From a virus (lineage: Duplodnaviria > Caudoviricetes), in IMG/VR virus record IMGVR_UViG_3300032320_002229, positions 29,467-93,466 of that record: DNA of 64,000 nt; one strand, 5' to 3'. The notes under the pieces are model-generated. The model saw nothing but the letters and a program-made list of their open reading frames with translations, was not told the DNA's origin and searched no databases. Positions 46,650-56,106 of this stretch are shown in pieces. Position numbers and translations under genes: made by a program. Every line of letters starts with the position of its first letter. Position 1 is the stretch's first letter.

Positions 46650-46819
46650 TGTTATTCCAATAGCTAATCATCTTATTCCATACTGGAGTAAAGAAGTATA
46701 CTGCAATAAAACTAACGATACCACTAACAGAGGCATTAATTATACCTCCAACAGTTAGTGCTGGAACTATTGGTATCATTTGTGTTTCAGTTTTTTCTTT
46801 ATCTTCCATGCTTACTTCC

Positions 46820-47203
46820 TTACATCATATATGGTTCCCAAAGTTCTTTTGGGATCAATATTTTATAGTCAATGGTTAGTTCTTCGTTTTGTTTAATGTC
46901 TCTAGATGCAACACAAGAATTTTCATCTTGTTCTATGATATTAGGATCGTTTGAATGATTTACAAACCTACTATCGTCTAAAGGAATCAGATAGTTTCCA
47001 TCATCATCTATCCAATAGTAGTCTTTCTGTATTATAAAGTCTTTTTCTATCTGTGATAATTCTTTATATTTGTTGGGACTAATTTGAAATGAAGAAATAC
47101 TGGTCATTTTCCATATTAAATCTCCATTCATAATATCTTGGTCTGCAAATAAACCTATACCAGATATTAAACTTCTATCTAGTTTAGTCTTTACTACTAT
47201 CAT
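46820..47203 (-). CDS. SET-domain lysine methyltransferase
   Basis: GIGLFA, RFVNHS.DPN, ASRDI..NEELTIDY. Confidence 0.9.
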   Translation of the reverse strand: MIVVKTKLDRSLISGIGLFADQDIMNGDLIWKMTSISSFQISPNKYKELSQIEKDFIIQKDYYWIDDDGNYLIPLDDSRFVNHSNDPNIIEQDENSCVASRDIKQNEELTIDYKILIPKELWEPYMM

Positions 47204-47703
47204 GATCTGTCAAACCTATTTGTTTTTGTTTCCCACCAGAAATGAGCCATTGTTGTGTTACCATCAAAGTATATTGGACAAAAATCTGGACGAAAAATAC
47301 TGTTAAGATTACAAGCAACACAAGTAAAAAATAACTGTGATCTTGGGTATCCATAATCTAAAAGCTTTTTCTCTATTTTCTTAAAATTATTTCCGCTAAG
47401 GCATCCACTATCTACTATAATTAGTGAGCGGTATGGGTCTAATTGGTCTGGATTGATAAAAGCTTCAAATTCATCTTTGTACGGAATATTTACTGGTTCT
47501 ATATCTAGAGGCTCGTCTTTATGAGATAGCTTATGAGCCATCAGTTGAGCCATTAATCCAGAATACTCGTAGCTTAACTGTAATATTGCTGTTTTACTAG
47601 CTAAGTTAGTAAAGATATTATTACGAATTTCTTCACATATTTTGTCTATACATTTAGTTTCCCAGTCCCTATCAATGTGTAGATTTTTAAGAGCCATAAT
47701 CAC
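47200..47703 (-). CDS. Phosphoribosyltransferase-fold protein
   Basis: LIIVDSGCLSGNNF PRPP-loop-like motif; terminal FWWE. Confidence 0.6.
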   Translation of the reverse strand: MIMALKNLHIDRDWETKCIDKICEEIRNNIFTNLASKTAILQLSYEYSGLMAQLMAHKLSHKDEPLDIEPVNIPYKDEFEAFINPDQLDPYRSLIIVDSGCLSGNNFKKIEKKLLDYGYPRSQLFFTCVACNLNSIFRPDFCPIYFDGNTTMAHFWWETKTNRFDRS

Positions 47704-47938
47704 TCACTGTAAATTTGATGTCAGCTTTTGCTTCTTTACACTTAATTTGATGTTCAACCCACTTGTCATCTGTCATGTGATTAAAAATAGCAGTAGCTAC
47801 TTTGCTAACACTTTTTGCTACTCCACTCGCATCTGGCCCAGCATCTAACTTAGCCCAATAATAAAGACCATCTTCCTTGTCTTTAATTACTTCATAGCCT
47901 TGGGTCTTAGCCCATTTCTTAATTTCGGAGATCATCAT
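47687..47938 (-). CDS. Hypothetical protein
   Basis: Operon packing. Confidence 0.5.
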   Translation of the reverse strand: MMISEIKKWAKTQGYEVIKDKEDGLYYWAKLDAGPDASGVAKSVSKVATAIFNHMTDDKWVEHQIKCKEAKADIKFTVSDYGS

Positions 47939-47939
47939 A

Positions 47940-48218
47940 TTAACAACTCATATTACCAGATTTTGGTGGTTTGTCAAGATATTTTCTTGTGGATGGATCA
48001 TAATTTTCAATAGACTTGTCATAATGCTTCCATGCTTCAGTATGTTTTAAAGCAATGATTTGTTTTTCTTGTTCTGATAGTCTTTGTCTTTGGTATTCAA
48101 TAAGTTTATACAGCTCTATAATATAGTCTAGTACAGGCTGGCCTTTATACTGAGTTAATATATTATTAACTGTAGAAATATCTACAGGATCATATTTAAA
48201 GGTTCCATCCCAACTCAT
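47940..48218 (-). CDS. Hypothetical protein
   Basis: Operon packing. Confidence 0.5.
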   Translation of the reverse strand: MSWDGTFKYDPVDISTVNNILTQYKGQPVLDYIIELYKLIEYQRQRLSEQEKQIIALKHTEAWKHYDKSIENYDPSTRKYLDKPPKSGNMSC

Positions 48219-48607
48219 TTTTGCATTTGCTCCTCATAGGATGTTTGTCTCTTATGCTCAAAACCCATAGAGAATCCTTGCATATAAACAGTCTTTAATA
48301 GACGAGAATTTTCTCCAACAAGTTGTCTATTGTCTTTAGCCCAAAGAACAAAACTTTTTTCTTCATCACAAATATCAGACAAATCTGGATAATAGATATC
48401 ATCAAACCAATAATAGTGTTTTTGCAGCATAGTATCTAGTGCGATAAACACTGGTGGTTTTGGATCGTAGCTATGATCTATTTTTGATAGTACAAGCTCA
48501 TCCATGAAAACATTAACAATCTTGTCTCCAACCTTTAATCCCATAGCCAAATCAAGACGCATTAGTAGTCTCCTTGCTAAATTGATCCATGTATGAATTG
48601 TAAGCAT
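48215..48607 (-). CDS. Hypothetical protein (start probably MRLDL)
   Basis: AAGGAG upstream of an internal ATG. Confidence 0.5.
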   Translation of the reverse strand: MLTIHTWINLARRLLMRLDLAMGLKVGDKIVNVFMDELVLSKIDHSYDPKPPVFIALDTMLQKHYYWFDDIYYPDLSDICDEEKSFVLWAKDNRQLVGENSRLLKTVYMQGFSMGFEHKRQTSYEEQMQK

Positions 48608-48785
48608 CTTCTAAATTTTCAATAAGCTTGAACTTCCAGATAGGAGCATTACTCCATTCTGTACTTTCGTCAATGCTTTCAATCAAACACTGTAATGCTT
48701 TTTCTGTACCTATTGTTTCTAATGCTTTTTTAATTTGATCTTTGTTAGTCATCCCGTCCTCTTGTATAAATAACTTCCTGCCCAA
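48552..48785 (-). CDS. Hypothetical protein
   Basis: Operon packing. Confidence 0.45.
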   Translation of the reverse strand: MGRKLFIQEDGMTNKDQIKKALETIGTEKALQCLIESIDESTEWSNAPIWKFKLIENLEDAYNSYMDQFSKETTNAS

Positions 48786-49087
48786 TCACATTCATCAATC
48801 AGTTTTTTGTGGTCGTCGAATAAGTTGTATCTAGCATCTTTATAGGGAGCCTTATAACTTGCTGGCTTATAAATGTTTCCATTAATTTTATCTACGAAAG
48901 CGTGAATAGTTTCAACACCTTCCCAAACTTGAGTAATCTTGTAGTATTTATTATTCTCTTTGAAGAAATAATAGACTGTTTGTTCATCTCCATAGGTTTG
49001 TTGTTTGGCTTTTGTCTCAAGAGCATCCAACCAAATATGTATATGGCTATGAAAATCTCCTTGGGTTTTACTAAAAATAGTAGTCAT
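48749..49087 (-). CDS. Conserved phage protein
   Basis: KYYKI...IHAFVDK..GNIYKPASYKAP.K.ARYNL...WAGSYLY. Confidence 0.7.
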   Translation of the reverse strand: MTTIFSKTQGDFHSHIHIWLDALETKAKQQTYGDEQTVYYFFKENNKYYKITQVWEGVETIHAFVDKINGNIYKPASYKAPYKDARYNLFDDHKKLIDECDWAGSYLYKRTG

Positions 49088-49182
49088 AAGTAAATCCTAG
49101 CATATAGCCGAAAGCAAAGAAAACAACCACAATTAACACTAGCTCAATTATCCAAGTATAGTCCCACTTCATCGTACCTCTC

Positions 49183-49211
49183 ATTCTATCTTATCGGTCA
49201 GTCCTTGTCAA
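49183..49211 (-). promoter_or_regulatory. Sigma70-type promoter with CGAT spacer motif
   Basis: TTGACA-AGGACTGACCGATAAGA-TAGAAT. Confidence 0.7.
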
Positions 49212-49215
49212 TACT

Positions 49216-49443
49216 TCAAGCAAAACCAATTCTTTGTTTGGTTGTTGAAAGAGTGCTTTCAATTTCATAATCAGCAAAACTCTTGCAATCATAACTTCGC
49301 CCATTCCACCAACCAATTTCATAGCTGATTGAATTATTTCCTCGAATATTGATGCCTGTTACTTTACCAAAAACATCTTCGGCCAACTTAACATCAGTAC
49401 CAATAGCAAAAGTTTCTATCTTATCTTTCATTATCATCTCCAT
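49216..49443 (-). CDS. Small SH3-like beta protein
   Basis: IGTDV...GKVTGI.IR....YEIGWW; ends IGFA. Confidence 0.5.
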   Translation of the reverse strand: MEMIMKDKIETFAIGTDVKLAEDVFGKVTGINIRGNNSISYEIGWWNGRSYDCKSFADYEIESTLSTTKQRIGFA

Positions 49444-49657
49444 TTTCTGTCCATAGGTTATGATCGAACATCGGTGGCTTGTCTTGATTTAATAGTAGTC
49501 TGCGTTCTTCTCGCAAAGAACCTATTTCTTTTCTTTGAGTTTTAATCTCATTTTTAAGAGATTCAATGGTATAGTTTTGCTGTTCAATAGTTCTTTCTAA
49601 GCCATTAATATAGGTATCAATATCAAAGAAAGGATTAGATTTATCAGATTGATTCAT
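49421..49657 (-). CDS. Coiled-coil protein
   Basis: Heptad pattern. Confidence 0.5.
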   Translation of the reverse strand: MNQSDKSNPFFDIDTYINGLERTIEQQNYTIESLKNEIKTQRKEIGSLREERRLLLNQDKPPMFDHNLWTENGDDNER

Positions 49658-49856
49658 GATTCCATGCTTTTTCTAAGTAGCTTAATGTTGTATCAACTCT
49701 TTTGTCGTTATAAAAACAGTCTAAATCTGTTGATATTAATTCTCTATGTTTATCCGGCCAAACTTCTGACAATGTATTCATAACTGTTTGACCATATCTC
49801 AAACCATATCGTTTAAGATCATGATCAATTTTACTTCTAAATTCAGAATAGCTCAT
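49644..49856 (-). CDS. Hypothetical phage protein
   Basis: LRYGQ..MN.L...DCFYND motif. Confidence 0.55.
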   Translation of the reverse strand: MSYSEFRSKIDHDLKRYGLRYGQTVMNTLSEVWPDKHRELISTDLDCFYNDKRVDTTLSYLEKAWNHESI

Positions 49857-50068
49857 TGGTGTTTCTTTTTTAGAAGTCTAACAATGTCTCCAGCAGTATC
49901 TACAACATTGTTTCCTCCAAGATAATACCGCCCAGTAATCTGTATCATTTCATCCAAAGTTTTTTCAGTATTGTATAGTCTGGCCCATTTTGGTTTATAT
50001 TCAGCTTTCATATAATTCCAAACACTATTATAGAAATCACAAATAGCTTGATTTACTGACTCTTTCAT
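49853..50068 (-). CDS. Hypothetical protein
   Basis: Operon packing. Confidence 0.5.
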   Translation of the reverse strand: MKESVNQAICDFYNSVWNYMKAEYKPKWARLYNTEKTLDEMIQITGRYYLGGNNVVDTAGDIVRLLKKKHQ

Positions 50069-50223
50069 TACTTTTCCTTTTTAGTGGATGATTCGTCGTG
50101 AGGTTCTAGTTTAACGTACTCTGGCTCCTTTGTCAAGTCCTCTTGTTGTTCGCTATAGGGACAGTTAAAACAACCAAGATGGCAGCAGTACCCTCTTTTT
50201 AATAAGAACTCCCTAGATAGCAT
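50068..50223 (-). CDS. Small Cys-rich protein (DUF5522-like; not in ORF track)
   Basis: MLSREFLLKRGYCCHLGCFNCPY..., 51 aa, hand-translated. Confidence 0.65.
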   Translation of the reverse strand: MLSREFLLKRGYCCHLGCFNCPYSEQQEDLTKEPEYVKLEPHDESSTKKEK

Positions 50224-50566
50224 CAACCTGTTCACTCTGAAGATATTCTTTGATAGTCCATCCTAGCTGTAGTAAGTCTGATCGTATTTCATCAGTAACA
50301 AAACTTTCTCCAACATATCCATCATTATGACTACCTATTCCAGAACAATACCAATCAATATAACTCTCACCCATATTCCTCATATCTGCCAAAACACCCC
50401 CAGCATATCTCCAAGAACAACTCCATTCTTCATCATTCTTGTAGAATAAGTTATTACACATAGCAGCATACAGATTTTGGCTGTAGGATTCACTATTTAC
50501 ACATTTATTTGTAATATAATCTGATTTGATAAGATCGTGTTCTAGATTAACTTTTCTCATGACCAT
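50213..50566 (-). CDS. Conserved phage protein
   Basis: YSQNLYAAMCNN...WSCSWRYAGG.LA...YIDWYCSG...VTDEIR.DL. Confidence 0.7.
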   Translation of the reverse strand: MVMRKVNLEHDLIKSDYITNKCVNSESYSQNLYAAMCNNLFYKNDEEWSCSWRYAGGVLADMRNMGESYIDWYCSGIGSHNDGYVGESFVTDEIRSDLLQLGWTIKEYLQSEQVDAI

Positions 50567-51339
50567 AGCTCTTTACGGATTTTAATTAGTTCAATAAGCA
50601 TTTTTGTATCTTCTTTTTCGTAGTCTATTTCAATCTTTTCAAGTTTTTTAAATTGAGATAATTCTTTTCTTGTTATCTTACCATCCATCAAATTATTTTC
50701 TTTATCTTGATTCCAAGATAATTTGGCAACGTCCATAGGTTCTGGTCTATTTGGACGATCTTTCCACCATAAATAAAGTTCTTTGATCTTTTGAGCCTTA
50801 ATAGCTTGGTGAGTTGGTTTTCCATACTTTGGGTCTTTTTTATCTACTCCCCAGTCTTTATTATACTTTAAAGAACAAGCCCACTTTAGGTAAGCTAATC
50901 CTGCCTCAACTGATCGGCCATGCTTGAACTTGTAATTTTTAGTACCTTTTTTAAGAGACCATTTTGCTAGATGAGCATATTCGATCTCTACGAAATCCAC
51001 AAGCTCATTAAACAAACCATGAAGAATTCTATAGTCAAGCTCGTAGTAATGTCCTGGCTTTAATCCAGTCTTTAGATAATGTGTCTTAGTTATCCAGCGA
51101 TTCTTTACATAGTATCTTATCTCACTATAAACATCAGCAGGAAACAGGATCGAATCCTGTAGTTTAGGTAATACTTCTTCTGCCAACCAGAATCGAATTG
51201 GTCTTTTCTTTCTTTGTTCTTCTTTCCATTGTTCCCATTTACCCCATTCTAAAGCGTAAGGCTTTTTCTCTCCGCGAATAAAGTCCGCGAATTTAGAACA
51301 ATTCCAGTAATTCATTCTTGATCTTGGTCTTAGCCACAT
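50557..51339 (-). CDS. Conserved phage protein
   Basis: YWNCSKFAD.IRG, LFNELVDFVEIE, ELYLWWK, EDTKMLIELIKIR. Confidence 0.7.
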   Translation of the reverse strand: MWLRPRSRMNYWNCSKFADFIRGEKKPYALEWGKWEQWKEEQRKKRPIRFWLAEEVLPKLQDSILFPADVYSEIRYYVKNRWITKTHYLKTGLKPGHYYELDYRILHGLFNELVDFVEIEYAHLAKWSLKKGTKNYKFKHGRSVEAGLAYLKWACSLKYNKDWGVDKKDPKYGKPTHQAIKAQKIKELYLWWKDRPNRPEPMDVAKLSWNQDKENNLMDGKITRKELSQFKKLEKIEIDYEKEDTKMLIELIKIRKELWS

Positions 51340-51461
51340 AATTTATTCCTGTACTTTAGTTCCCATATCATAAGGATAACCATCTTCTACTTCTTCACTA
51401 TAGACATCTTCATAGTGATTATCCCACCAAGGAATTTTACTATCTGGTAATTCACTCATGA

Positions 51462-51644
51462 TTATAGTTCAACATATTTTAGTATATTTAAGATTCTTCG
51501 TGCTAATGCAGCCCCGCCAACAATCCTGCCATCGTTATAATCTTCACCATATCCAGATGTAGACTCATGATCTTTTTGATCTTGAATTTTTCGATTACAC
51601 AGTTTCATAATTTCTAAGATATTGGCTTTTTCTATTTCATTCAT
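51462..51644 (-). CDS. Small protein (paralog of 53251-53421)
   Basis: YNDGRIVG.A.LA..IL. Confidence 0.55.
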   Translation of the reverse strand: MNEIEKANILEIMKLCNRKIQDQKDHESTSGYGEDYNDGRIVGGAALARRILNILKYVEL

Positions 51645-51918
51645 ATAAATAGTCTATCTTGTAATAGTTTTCTAACGGTTTCTGTTACGTTAATACCATT
51701 GACTAAAATATCGTTTGAACCATAAGGATTATCTGGCATCCTTTTGGATACTGTATTATATAGCCAAAATATAACAAACCTCTCATCCTCTGTCATTATT
51801 AAATCCTTGTATTAAAGCGGCATTTCTCAGTCATTTACACAGAATCCCGCTAAGAGTCTACGGAAGTTGATTGTAGGGAATACCCGCGATCCCGACCATT
51901 GAGGCATCAACATCTTAA

Positions 51919-51946
51919 TTATACTGTGTGATACTAGAGTGTCAAT
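51919..51946 (-). promoter_or_regulatory. Sigma70-type promoter
   Basis: TTGACA-N16-TATAAT, upstream of a GC-richer untranslated leader. Confidence 0.6.
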
Positions 51947-52545
51947 AGTTCAGTTTCCAACTCGTTTAAACATTTGAAATCTGTACCACTTATATTCATA
52001 TTCCAACTCTTATGATAATGACCGAATCGCCACTTCTTAGGTTGATGAATATTAAATAGCTCTTGCAAAGCCCATCCTGTTAGGTTCTCGTATTTTCTTT
52101 GGTTAGCATCTAGTATTCGTAAACTAACTTCGTCTGGACAATCATGGGTTAAAACAATATCAGGTTTAATCTCTCTGTAAAGTTCTCTAGCTTTTATGAA
52201 ATGGTCTATAGTAACCTGCTCTTGCTCCCACCAATTTATTCCAATAGTTCGATCTTGACGATCAATACTATACGCCCCTCTGTAATAGAAAAAATTCACC
52301 CCATTCAAGCATGAGTAACCAAAATCCCCAAGGTAATGAGGAATATGAATAATCCTATCGTAATGGTCATGATTGCCTCCTATAATTTTATGTTTCTCAT
52401 CATCCACATTAAATACTGTGCCATAATCAAAACCAAAGTCACCTAGTTGAATGGTATATGGGTGACGATCTTTTTCTCTGATAATTTCATAGTAACGCTT
52501 ATACTTGCCATGAACGTCGCCAATTAGAGTTATTGAATTATTCAT
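51934..52545 (-). CDS. Metallophosphoesterase
   Basis: IGDVHG, QLGDFG, GNHD, THDCP, FGHYH. Confidence 0.9.
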   Translation of the reverse strand: MNNSITLIGDVHGKYKRYYEIIREKDRHPYTIQLGDFGFDYGTVFNVDDEKHKIIGGNHDHYDRIIHIPHYLGDFGYSCLNGVNFFYYRGAYSIDRQDRTIGINWWEQEQVTIDHFIKARELYREIKPDIVLTHDCPDEVSLRILDANQRKYENLTGWALQELFNIHQPKKWRFGHYHKSWNMNISGTDFKCLNELETELLTL

Positions 52546-52823
52546 ACTCCATCCAAAGGGTCTGGCTTAAAAGGGTAGCTAAACGGCCCTAGAACACTCT
52601 TTCTTTTTTGTTTGAGAAATTCTAGGGTTTCATCAAAACAAAACTCACAAATATGAATCTCGTATTTTGATCCATCATTACTTGAACCATATCCCCAATA
52701 GGATTCTAGGGTAGCATAATCTGGCCCAACATCTGGATAGTTAGTGGTACTTTTCCCACAAATATCGCAACTTACATCGTCAAGGACTTTTCTTACTTCT
52801 TCTTTAAATGTTCTCATTTCCAA
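52542..52823 (-). CDS. Zn-finger phage protein
   Basis: CDICG...WGYGS..DG...ICEFC. Confidence 0.65.
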   Translation of the reverse strand: MEMRTFKEEVRKVLDDVSCDICGKSTTNYPDVGPDYATLESYWGYGSSNDGSKYEIHICEFCFDETLEFLKQKRKSVLGPFSYPFKPDPLDGV

Positions 52824-53059
52824 CGTCGTGAAACGTCACGCCTCTTAGGTGGACTGTAATGACTAACTGTTTTAGTAGTAACGGTATATGGTTTAAAAAT
52901 CTTTTTTGTTTCAAAGCCACTAGGAAGAACTCTGGTAGTATTTTGACTATCACTTAATCCAATATATTCTGCAAAGTAGTCCATAGTTTTCTTGTATCCA
53001 TCAATAATAACGTCCTTAGAACAAGTTTTCTTCAACAAATCTTCAAAACTCTTAGCCAT
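52814..53059 (-). CDS. Hypothetical protein
   Basis: GGAGG RBS. Confidence 0.5.
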   Translation of the reverse strand: MAKSFEDLLKKTCSKDVIIDGYKKTMDYFAEYIGLSDSQNTTRVLPSGFETKKIFKPYTVTTKTVSHYSPPKRRDVSRRWK

Positions 53060-53270
53060 TAGTAGTGACCTCCATTACTTCATTAGAATATTCATAATAA
53101 ATGCTTGTCCAATCTTCTTCTTGGTTTACAATAAGATTGTATGTATAAAATTTACCTTCTGAAAACATTGGAATACTATTAGGAACTCTGTTACCTTTCA
53201 TGGTAACACTTTCGCCACACAAAGGCCCACCAATCAAACTAATAATAGTATTAGGTATTTGAGGATTCAT
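53052..53270 (-). CDS. Hypothetical protein
   Basis: LIGGPLCG motif. Confidence 0.5.
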   Translation of the reverse strand: MNPQIPNTIISLIGGPLCGESVTMKGNRVPNSIPMFSEGKFYTYNLIVNQEEDWTSIYYEYSNEVMEVTTNG

Positions 53271-53421
53271 TAATGATATCTAAAATAGTTTCAGCTAAAG
53301 TTGAACGACCAACAATTCTTCCATCCTCATAAGGATTATTATAACTAGACTTTTGGCTCCAGCTTTGCATTATACCCAAACACATTCGTCTAATTTCTTC
53401 CATTTTTTCTTCGTTACTCAT
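53251..53421 (-). CDS. Small protein (paralog of 51462-51644)
   Basis: YEDGRIVGRSTLAETIL; start moved to MSNEE. Confidence 0.5.
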   Translation of the reverse strand: MSNEEKMEEIRRMCLGIMQSWSQKSSYNNPYEDGRIVGRSTLAETILDIINESSNT

Positions 53422-53755
53422 TTGTAGCCTCTGCTTGTACATAAAAGATTTTGTCAATATTGCATCGACCAAGAGCAATTCTAACGCCCAGTTTTTTGTT
53501 ATAATTCTCCTTCTTGCTACAAATAGCAAGCCCCTCATAATGATCGCCAGATAGACTATCAATTACAATTTGAGTTGATCCACCTTTGGTATCTGGATCA
53601 ATAGGAGCATAACCATGAACACTTTGATTAGGCTTGCTTCCTACTTGCCATTTATAATAGCCATTGTAAAGCCGATTATGAAGAACCCTAACTTTATATC
53701 CATAATTACGAAGTTGTTGAACTGTCATCTTTTCTCCAATATTAGTGTAGACCAC
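53414..53755 (-). CDS. Conserved phage protein
   Basis: KGG.T...G.AICSKKENYNKKLGVRIALGR. Confidence 0.65.
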   Translation of the reverse strand: MVYTNIGEKMTVQQLRNYGYKVRVLHNRLYNGYYKWQVGSKPNQSVHGYAPIDPDTKGGSTQIVIDSLSGDHYEGLAICSKKENYNKKLGVRIALGRCNIDKIFYVQAEATNE

Positions 53756-53906
53756 AAACTTCCACTGTACGACTGATAATAATAGTATTATACTCTGACA
53801 AAAAACTATTCAGATGATCTTGCTTAATTACCAACTCACCATTATTCTGACCAATAAAATACTTGTCAAGCAAATCTTGAACTTTTTGTTGAACTGTTGG
53901 ACTCAT
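53742..53906 (-). CDS. Hypothetical protein
   Basis: GGAG RBS and promoter upstream of MSPT. Confidence 0.5.
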   Translation of the reverse strand: MSPTVQQKVQDLLDKYFIGQNNGELVIKQDHLNSFLSEYNTIIISRTVEVCGLH

Positions 53907-53929
53907 AAACTTTCTCCAAAGGATACCCA

Positions 53930-53957
53930 AGTATACTGTAGTATCGGCTTTTGTCAA
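53930..53957 (-). promoter_or_regulatory. Sigma70-type promoter with CGAT spacer motif
   Basis: TTGACA-AAAGCCGATACTACAG-TATACT. Confidence 0.7.
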
Positions 53958-54147
53958 GACACTCCATTAAGAATTATTTCTTGTCTGAGAGAGCTATTAA
54001 AATACCATAGGATAAAATGCTTGGAACCCAAAGGCCCACATATAAGCTATAAAATTCTGCATTTGGTATGCCACTAAACATTAGCCCTATACTAAGTATT
54101 ATGCTAACAAATGCTGGAACTATGACTAAATTAATCATTTCGTACCT

Positions 54148-54363
54148 TTATGACTGTTCGTGAATCTTTACTTTGTGTTCTTTAACTTCTCTGATTAGTT
54201 TTTTCAGAGTGTCATTATCTTTAAGCTCTGATAATGTATAATTTACTCTACGATTATTTCTTGAATCTGGATTTAGATCACCCATAAATAGCATACTAAG
54301 TGCCAGACCAGAACTAACAATCAACATCATAATTACGCCAGCAAAAAAGATATAGATTTCCAT
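54148..54363 (-). CDS. Small membrane protein
   Basis: N-terminal TM segment; GAGGAG RBS. Confidence 0.55.
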   Translation of the reverse strand: MEIYIFFAGVIMMLIVSSGLALSMLFMGDLNPDSRNNRRVNYTLSELKDNDTLKKLIREVKEHKVKIHEQS

Positions 54364-54364
54364 G

Positions 54365-54541
54365 TTAGTCTCCTCTGCTATTCTTGATCAAAAGATTTCC
54401 AAGAGATAAGAAACTAGGAACCCACAATCCTACGAACATACCACATTCTTTTGCATTTTCTACTCCACTAAACCATAATCCTGTACTTAGTGCGAAACTC
54501 AGAAATGCTGCAACAAGAATACTGATCTTAAAAGGACTCAT
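54365..54541 (-). CDS. Small two-TM protein (not in ORF track)
   Basis: MSPFKISILVAAFLSFALSTGLWFSG...GMFVGLWVPSFLSLG, 58 aa; CGGAG RBS. Confidence 0.6.
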   Translation of the reverse strand: MSPFKISILVAAFLSFALSTGLWFSGVENAKECGMFVGLWVPSFLSLGNLLIKNSRGD

Positions 54542-54591
54542 AATGTTAACTCCGATTTGTTTAAATTGTTAAAGGTTAGAACTGAGTGTCA

Positions 54592-54828
54592 TTATACCAG
54601 AGCAAACGCTGGTTGGAAATTATCTTTATAAAGACCAACGCTTATTCCACCATCACTACATTGAATTTGATAACATTCCCCCTTTCGGTATTCTGGAAAG
54701 TCTACTTCGTTTACGCCAAATCCAATCCTGAGATATTCATTAGCATAAACCTCTCCTACAAAGTAGTCATCAAAAATCTTAATCTTTTCGATGGTTGATC
54801 CTTTAGCCACAATAAAAACCCATCTCAT
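54592..54828 (-). CDS. Hypothetical protein
   Basis: Operon packing. Confidence 0.45.
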   Translation of the reverse strand: MRWVFIVAKGSTIEKIKIFDDYFVGEVYANEYLRIGFGVNEVDFPEYRKGECYQIQCSDGGISVGLYKDNFQPAFALV

Positions 54829-55014
54829 GATTTGCTCTCTAAAAAGTTGTTGATAAAATCAGCAAAGCCTTTAAGTTCTTCCTCAGAAAAAATTAACACT
54901 AACTTTTTCTTATATAGATGAATACCTAGCTCATATTCAAATTTTCCTACTCTAGTATTGTCTAGTTCTAGGTTAGCATATTCTGTTTTATATATTTCGC
55001 TCATTCTTAATCTC

Positions 55015-55395
55015 CTAATAACAAATACAGTCTCTTGCGTAAATTATACCACGTTTAGCTGGAGGGTCAATAGGATTTTCAAACCTTTTAACGGATTTTA
55101 CAATCCACCCAAACTTAGGCTTATCTTTCCAGCCATAAGTCTTATCATCAATACTCACCTTATGCTTACTCTCATCAGATTCCCACTGCTCTTTAGAAGA
55201 GTATTGAACACAAGAACTAAAAGTAATTGTTCCGATAATTCTACTCTTAAACTTAGCCGATTTCCCCGGTGTTTCAATTAGTGCCAACTCAACTCCCTCT
55301 AATCTTGTGGGGAGTCGATAGGAGCGGGTTTCGACCGTTTTCTGACCATTAATTAAAAGAGTAGACCACGGGGCTTGAATATTTAAACCAGTCAC
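55015..55395 (-). CDS. ASCH-domain protein
   Basis: LNIQAPWSTLLINGQKTVETRSY. Confidence 0.85.
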   Translation of the reverse strand: MTGLNIQAPWSTLLINGQKTVETRSYRLPTRLEGVELALIETPGKSAKFKSRIIGTITFSSCVQYSSKEQWESDESKHKVSIDDKTYGWKDKPKFGWIVKSVKRFENPIDPPAKRGIIYARDCICY

Positions 55396-55398
55396 GAA

Positions 55399-55620
55399 TT
55401 ATTCCTCAAAAGCCTCAAAATTCATAGCATAAAGTTTGCCATCCTTACTTACATATAATAGTTTTGGATTTTCCTGATCAATACAAGACCAAATCATAGT
55501 ATTACAAAGATGTTCAGTCGGCCAATCTTTTAGCTGTGCTTTTGCTGGTTTCAATATTACGTTAGCAAAGTTACCTATAGCTTTAAAACTTCCGTCAAAT
55601 CCAACTTCAATGGGTTTCAT
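55399..55620 (-). CDS. Hypothetical protein
   Basis: GAGGA RBS. Confidence 0.45.
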   Translation of the reverse strand: MKPIEVGFDGSFKAIGNFANVILKPAKAQLKDWPTEHLCNTMIWSCIDQENPKLLYVSKDGKLYAMNFEAFEE

Positions 55621-56092
55621 TATATTCCTCTTGAGTCAAGTATGACCCATCTTTTTTTACGGAAGTAAATTGTCCCATCCCCATACATTTCTCACAAGCT
55701 GCCATATCTATTTTCGGCCAAGCAGCACCATATTCTTTAAGCAAAGTTTGATACTTTGATTCAACAGTCTCACAGTATTCATAACCGTCACCATGAGGTA
55801 GTTTAACACACTTTTCACACTTGTCAACCATCAGATGATGATTTATGAATAATGCCAAACTAGCATCCATCATAAGTTTATTAACGTCTGTTGGATATTC
55901 TCCAGAGCCTTTACATTGATTACAAGTTATAAGATGCTTTTCTTGTTTTTGATTATAAGACTGGAGCCTTTGTGCTTTAAGATAATCATATAGATTGTAC
56001 TTATCGTAAGGCAGTATTGGAGAAAACAATACTACAATAAGAGCTAAAGAGAATAATACTATAAGACTATCTATCATTTGTTTTTTACTCAT
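55607..56092 (-). CDS. Membrane-anchored protein with DnaJ-type CxxCxGxG repeats
   Basis: TM segment, CNQCKGSG and CEKCMGMG. Confidence 0.6.
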   Translation of the reverse strand: MSKKQMIDSLIVLFSLALIVVLFSPILPYDKYNLYDYLKAQRLQSYNQKQEKHLITCNQCKGSGEYPTDVNKLMMDASLALFINHHLMVDKCEKCVKLPHGDGYEYCETVESKYQTLLKEYGAAWPKIDMAACEKCMGMGQFTSVKKDGSYLTQEEYNETH

Positions 56093-56106
56093 GAGTCACC
56101 ATCAAA

